56,250 nucleotides of DNA from the NCBI GenBank assembly GCA_009103225.1, contig RHPI01000053.1, positions 1-56,250 of the forward strand, in the 5' to 3' direction. This DNA is from Chlorokybus atmophyticus (taxonomy: Eukaryota; Plantae; Mesostigma and Chlorokybus algae). Of this stretch, positions 50,137 through 56,250 are shown piece after piece (position 1 is the first letter of the stretch; each line of letters starts with the position of its first letter). Below the pieces are notes generated by a model. That model saw nothing but the letters and a program-made list of their open reading frames with translations, searched no databases and was not told where the DNA came from. The translations under genes and the position numbers were made by a program.

Positions 50137-50911
50137 CTCTAGCAAGCTGAGTGGAGACACATCAACCAACTCACCGTCACGTCAGTCAGCAGCCATATGG
50201 TCTGCCGCCGCCGCCACCTCGTCCTCCTTCACCGTTGCCACCGAGAGCAGCAGTGAAGGGTAACTTTCTAACAACAACTGCCAAATCTACGGTGTCGTCC
50301 CGTTGTCGTTCTGTTAACAGAAGGCAGTTCTGACAAGCACAGAAAGTTTGACAGACAATGAAAGCATTGACCAAGTTGCTTACAAGTTTTGTTGAGTTAT
50401 TGAAGCGAGCAAGCGCTGCGCTGAGGCGGGCGGCCCGCCTGGGGCGGGACCAAAATCCTGGGGACGCTCGGAACTTCTCTGAAAATCAGTGCAGTGGAAC
50501 TTTGAGCAGTGCAGTGGAGTTGCAGGGAATTTCAACGAGAGCGCGGCAGTTACACAGCTTGGCCAGCAATCATCACAGGATTGGTGCGCGGTACGGTGCA
50601 GTTGTGTCACTTCTGTCACCCGCGTTTGCCGTCGCGCGAGATTTTTTGTGGCAAATGTTTCAACGCTCGGCTCTGAGTGAAGTGAGAAAATTTTGAGCAT
50701 ATCTTTCGGCGGAAATTTGAGTCGTGCGGCGGTTGGCGGTGACGGTGGCGGCGGCGGCAGCGGCGGCAGCGGGCTTGTGAGGCTTGCTTGCTGAGTGCAT
50801 TGTGTGCACTTGCCTTGCAGAATGACTTGCGTGTGTTGATATCGGCGATGATGTGATCGGGGCTTGCCGTTGGCCGCAGCCAGTGGCTGCATGCTGTGGC
50901 TGCAGAGGCCA

Positions 50912-50920
50912 TTAGGGTTT
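50912..50920 (-). promoter_or_regulatory. Telo-box-like motif (AAACCCTAA) in the divergent VanZ-like / AT3G59670-like intergenic region
   Basis: TTAGGGTTT at 50912-50920. It is a single 9-mer and could be chance. Confidence 0.3.
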
Positions 50921-51649
50921 GCGTGTAGTGGTTCTTCTCTGCAATGTGTGCTTGAATAGATTTGATGGTCAGTTAATGCAACTTAGTGGTTGTTGGTACC
51001 ATGTGTTGATTGTCTGCTATTGTTTGCTCATCAGCTGGTGCTTGATGTTTGCTATAGCTGCCTTGAATATCTGAGCGCACTATCTGCAAGCCAGTTGTCT
51101 TGCAGACAGTGTGCTCATTGCTGTTACATCAGCTTCATAATCTACAACAGCAGCCACTGTGGTTTACTGCCAGCTCAACGAATGCTACTGTTTCTTTTGC
51201 AACGTTGGGAGCTTGATTTACTGCTGCTATTGTGCATCACAAGTAACGTTTGACCACTATAATGGCTTCTTTCCTTGATGTCTTAGTGATACCAGCGCTT
51301 GCACAGAGGTTGCCGCGCTCTTGTGCTACATTGGCATACACAAGTGGCGAGTGCCCTAGCATGCGCAATCCAGGCACACACAATTGTGGTGAGGACAATT
51401 GTGGTAACTACTGCAGGTGACAGCAACTAGCTCACGAAAGCTCACGCTTCTTGGTGCAGTGTAACAACTATAGGTAGGTGTGAATTCTCCTTGCCAACTT
51501 ATATTTCTAGTTCTGTTCTTGATGATATGTGCAGATCCTTGAGCAAGTATGTTAGACAAAAGTGACTGCAAGTCAGGCTCAGTCTCGCTTGCTGCAGGCG
51601 CGCGTCTCAAGATTTGGTATGCCTACCTGCGCAATTGAGGCGGTCGAGC

Positions 51650-53379
51650 ATGGCCGCTGCAGAACCTGGCAATAACGAAGATCAACGCTGGAGAAGGTAC
51701 GCTGTTAAGAGCACGTCATCGACATCTGATGCATCATTACCAACAGTTGTCAAGCGTTTAGCTGCATAGAACCTTGGTTCATAGCGTTGGCTCAAGGACC
51801 TGAGTGCGAGCTGACTAACTCAAACAGAGCACGGAGTGCTCGAACTGCACGACGCAAGAGTCCTCCAGCCATCCCGGCCGTTGCGAAGCGTCAACGCACA
51901 GCAAGCTCGTCATCAGCTGGACGGTGTGTGTCCTGCTTGCACTAGCAACGCACATATTCTATTTGCAAACACTGTTGACTGCAGGGCCCGCACTGTAAGT
52001 GATGCCAGCCAGAGCAGGAGCCCGTCTCCACCATCACCCCGTTCACCGCCGCCGGCTGTGGCCCCATCACTCGTATCGTCTCCACCATCACCCCTTTTGG
52101 CAGCAGATGACGCACGCGCCACCACGCCCTCCCCCGCAGCTGCTACAGCTGCAACTCCAGTCATACCGATTCCTGCGCCTCATAGCCCAACACCGTCAGA
52201 GAGGTTATTGCTGGTTATGACTGTGCATGTCTGCATGTGGTTTTGAGTTCTGTGTAACTTGTGGCTCCACATATATCTGTCTGCTTGTTGGTCTGAGTGT
52301 CATCTTGCGCAGTGACAACGACGATGATGTCGACCAGTTTGCACAGTACGGGTACTCCAGTTCCTTCTCCGGCACCGAAACAGATGTCAGTGATGAGGAG
52401 GTTGCACGAAGTGATTGCACAGGACGTCCACTTTTCGAAGGCATAATTGCACGTGGTTCAAACGCAAGTCACAGGTTTGTGGTGACAAGCGTCATCCTGG
52501 CTTGGCCAGACTGCATGCCTTGCCTACGCCCTGCTCTGACGACATTGCGTGTGTTAAAGGAAACGGCCATTGGATCCGGACTGGAAGCGCTATCGACGAG
52601 GAATAGAATGGCGATGTCGTTGGCTTGAGCTGCGCATGGCAGAGTTACGAGCCTTGACGCAGCATTATGAAGAAGAGCTTGCGCAGATGCAGTCTCGAGA
52701 TGAGGAATGCACAGCAGCAGGTTCCCAGGATAATGAGCATCCTACTTTGCCTGCAACTCCCTCTGGCACTCATGGCAAAGCTGCTGGCTGTGACCCACAG
52801 TCAGCAGGAAATGCATCGGCTTTACCCAATCAGCGCCAGTACAAGCGCCGAAGGCGAGAGCAACCTCTTCCAGAAACTGCACCTAGGAACCACCCATTAT
52901 TTTCAAGATTAGGTCAGTGTAACAGCTGTTAAGCCCTCAGCATTTGAACGTGTGCCTTGTACTTCCTCACTGCTGCAAGCCTTTGGTACAGATAAAACAG
53001 TTGGAAGGCGTCAGCGTGTACAGGAGGACTCACAAGATCTGGCAGCAGCAACTACAGCTACTGCAGGATCAGGTACTCGAGCTGAACATACCATCAGATT
53101 GCAGCAACCATAGCGTACAACAGTCTTGGTCATCGTCAGTAAGTGGTCAAGCATTGTGAATTCTGTGCAGGTGGCTCGCTGCCGCAAATCAGTATCAAGG
53201 GAACCTCTCAACAACGCAAGCCTGCACCATCACCTGAGCAACAGCATACCAACGGCATTGCACATCATGCGCCCCCCAATCCTATGGAAGAATTGTGTGA
53301 CCAGATTGACGCTGTGCAGCAACGAGTAGAGGTCTTGCTGTATCAACTGCAGCAACATAAGGCTTCACAAGGGTCTTAG
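51650..53379 (+). CDS. Protein resembling the plant AT3G59670/AT4G37440 family (uncharacterised coiled-coil)
   Basis: YSSSFSGTETDVSDEEV, then KRPLDPDWKRYRRGIEWRCRWLELRMAELRALTQHYEEEL, and C-terminal MEELCDQIDAVQQRVEVLLYQL. This matches my recollection of that family's motif order. The start codon is tentative. Confidence 0.6.
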
Positions 53380-54735
53380 GCTCGTGCAGTTGGCTGGTTG
53401 CATGTAGTCATGGTACTTTATACCCCTGGCAGGCAAGGGGATGTATGGCATTTCATATATGATGTGGTAATACAATACATACGCGCGAGGGGTTGTTTTC
53501 AGAACTGCATGATTTGTACAGACCCAATTTGTAAGAAAATGTGTTGCAAAACCATCCCCAAACATCTTACTCTCAACATTGGCCATAATCATACCTATTC
53601 ATGGCTATTACTTGAATTGTGACAAAGCACATGTGATGTTGTAATCGATCATGCATACCACTCCATCGAGGCCGTTAACAATAGGCTGGCAACTGTACTC
53701 TTTTTAGTACTTGTACTCTTTTGAGTACCGGAATTGGACTTTTTGGGCCTCGAGATTGTGAAGAATTTGTTTCGTTAGCTTTGTGCAACATGCCGTATAC
53801 GAATGGAAGCACAATTTGAAAAGCTACGACATAGAATTGATGCTTGGATTTATGGGCAACAATGTAGCACGCCCGGAATCTGTAAGTCATGCCATCAATG
53901 TCAGCACAGCATGATCTAGTGTGTAAACCTTAATATCACATGTTAATTCAAGCATGTTAGAGGCAAGTGGCCTTGCAAAAGCATTGATGTGTGCTGATAA
54001 ATACATGCCATACTCATTCACATGATCATTTTTCAATTTGTGGCGATAATATGAGATATCAGCGTAGCACATTGCACAGGCCGCCTGGGCCGTAAACCCA
54101 CAGACACAATACCACTTTTTGCAAATCACTTGTATGTCAATTGGCTTAAAGAGTATCTTTCCACAAAACTACACACAAATAGAAATGCTCGCAAAAGAGG
54201 GTGTAGTTTTTAAAGCTCTACAGTTGATGTGGCATGTTACTTGAAGTCCAATTGCAGATGTTTAATTACAGTTATCGGCCATCATAGTCTTAATGATACC
54301 CTACATACCCTTTGCGCCCGCACTGAGCAGTTGCCCACACGGCAGTTTCCTCAGTGCTTGGCGTTCAGGTGCTTATTGGGTGTGGGTGGCGGCCTGCGGC
54401 ATGCAACAAGCTTACCTACACATGGTGATAACACTTCGATTGATGTTCTAGCGGCTTGAGCTTGCCCTTGACAAATGTTTGCAAATAAAGTTGTTGTTCT
54501 TATTTGGTAGTCGCAATTCAATGATTAATGCCGGGGTAGTGTACAGGATAAGCGCGAGGCGAGCTTGTTCATGCATGTCAACGCCATGCATCACATGCAC
54601 CCAGCCATATCCACCTCAATGCTGCATGTATGCCCACCGCGCTTACTCTACCCTGCACACTACCCCTACTCATACCTGCCCCCTGTTGATCATGCATGCA
54701 TATGGTGTCAGTCGTAGTTCAACCATGCAGTCCCC

Positions 54736-54834
54736 CCTACGGCATCCAATCAAAACAACAACTAGGACATGTGTTACACGTAGCAACTGATATATTGGGC
54801 TTGTTCTCATGCTTCGCACACACTGCTTGTGTAT
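54736..54834 (+). repeat. 99-bp exact direct repeat, copy 2
   Basis: Identical to 44716-44814 and ends exactly at an N (54835). Confidence 0.95.
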
Positions 54835-56166
54835 NCAACATGCACACGGCCAACACCACATCATTGCTGTGCCAAGTTGTACATAGTCATTATCAAGCTA
54901 AAAACTATAACATTACAACACTATTGCTCCTTCCTACCGTTGTTCGACATGCATGCTTGTTCACATGTTGTAGTTACATGTTTGCGAATACATACGACAT
55001 CATGTCGTAGACATGCATGCATGTGTAACAGGTGTACATGGGCCGTTGTGTGCTACAACCAGGGGACCTTTATATATTGGTATTATTTGCTCAAAGCTAT
55101 GCATGCATTAATGACAATGGCAATCATCTGCACAGCAAATGTGTACACACTACGTAACGTCTGGCTTAACCTAGAGTGGCTGAATGTTACGCACACATTT
55201 TAGTTTTACAATGTTGTACATCAACATGTCATATTCAAAAATAAAGCAAGTTTCCCATGCTTGTTACAATACTGGCAATGGCAACAGCATGTCTGTAACG
55301 TGGTGATGTAAGTAACATACGCAACAACATACAATGCATGGATCATACATAAAGACTTATAGCATAGCACCACATAAATGATGTAACGCATATGACTACG
55401 TCTACTATTATTTGACCAATGCATAAAAGGGGCTGGGTTGTTCCTAGCGCTATAATGAGTGGCTGTTAGCGGCCAATACACACAAGGCCTTTGCAGCCAA
55501 AAAATAGCCACTTCAACCCTGTAGGGATAAGGTACCAGCGGGGTCGTCTAGCGGCTTAAACGCGTGACATGTCAGGAGTCTGCCGGCCCTAATACCGGCC
55601 AAACAGCACCGGCTGCGCCACTGCCTGTAAAATTCAGTCGGCACCTGCACGGCGCGCTGTACGAGGTGAAGGCTGTCATGAAGCATATATATGTCTAACG
55701 TACTAGCATGCTAGCAGTCCTACAATAGAGTTATCCGACACAATTAGCCGCTACTTGGCTCGGATTGCTTCATCATAATGCCACATTGGCTTCTCTACGA
55801 AATCCTTAGCTGCAGCCCAAGTTGTTCCACTTGTTGTTGTCTTTAACTTCTTTATTACCTCAAGCTGCAATGATACAAAGAGCTTATATTAGCTTAGGAT
55901 AGGCAACTAGCCTCGCCTACTCAACGCAGCATATATATGCACACGCACGCAAGTGATTTAGCTTTTCGCACAAATACTAATGATGATTATCATTGTCTGT
56001 TGGCGCTATCGCCTCCTTTTCGTCATTGCACTCACTTATATGGTGTCTCCCCGCCTTATACAATTCTTTACTTACAACAACGGTCTCACAATTGAAGAGA
56101 GAACGACACTTGCCACCACGTGGAGCGTGCAACGCGAACAAGCACCTAATTCTGCATGTGACATAG

Positions 56167-56250
56167 TGTAACAGCACCACCGTCGCCGGTGATGCCCCTT
56201 CAATCCTCTACCCCAATACCCACACCGCCTATGACAAGCCTTTCAGCGGC
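56167..56250 (+). mobile_element. Start of an LTR of the same family as 5232-5572, running off the window
   Basis: TGTAACAGCACC... matches the reverse complement of 5489-5572 at 82/84 nt. Both differences are C/T. Confidence 0.8.

Noticed and set aside
53663-55520. hAT-like terminal motifs (TAGGCTGGCAAC near 53682; CAGGGTTGAAGTGG on the minus strand near 55520)
   Set aside because: The two motifs are not inverted copies of each other, and no partner TIR or 8-bp TSD was found.

Overview
Eukaryotic nuclear DNA with intron-rich genes, most likely from a flagellated streptophyte green alga. The evidence is a plant-type STP with the GGVTS phase-1 intron, an R2R3-MYB with WCNQLSP, a plant-like AT3G59670-family protein, and the axonemal gene CFAP52. 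Bases 1-18 kb are a nest of mobile DNA: a 53-bp tandem array, a decayed Ty3/gypsy chromovirus pol, a solo LTR, and a long intron-containing Crypton-like tyrosine-recombinase pseudogene. That pseudogene carries a 123-bp foldback and an array of duplicated phase-1 exon/intron modules. A complete miniature LTR element (79-bp LTRs, PBS, PPT, 5-bp TSD) lies at 13.1-13.8 kb. Its LTR and post-PBS sequence together form a tRNA-type Pol III A-box/B-box promoter, which is the best candidate here for an undescribed system. Bases 19-53.4 kb hold eight host genes: MYB, an unknown 6-exon gene, STP, a P4-ATPase, CFAP52, an RRM/RS-rich protein, a VanZ-like protein and an AT3G59670-like protein. All gene models were spliced by hand from the sequence. 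No database searches were run.
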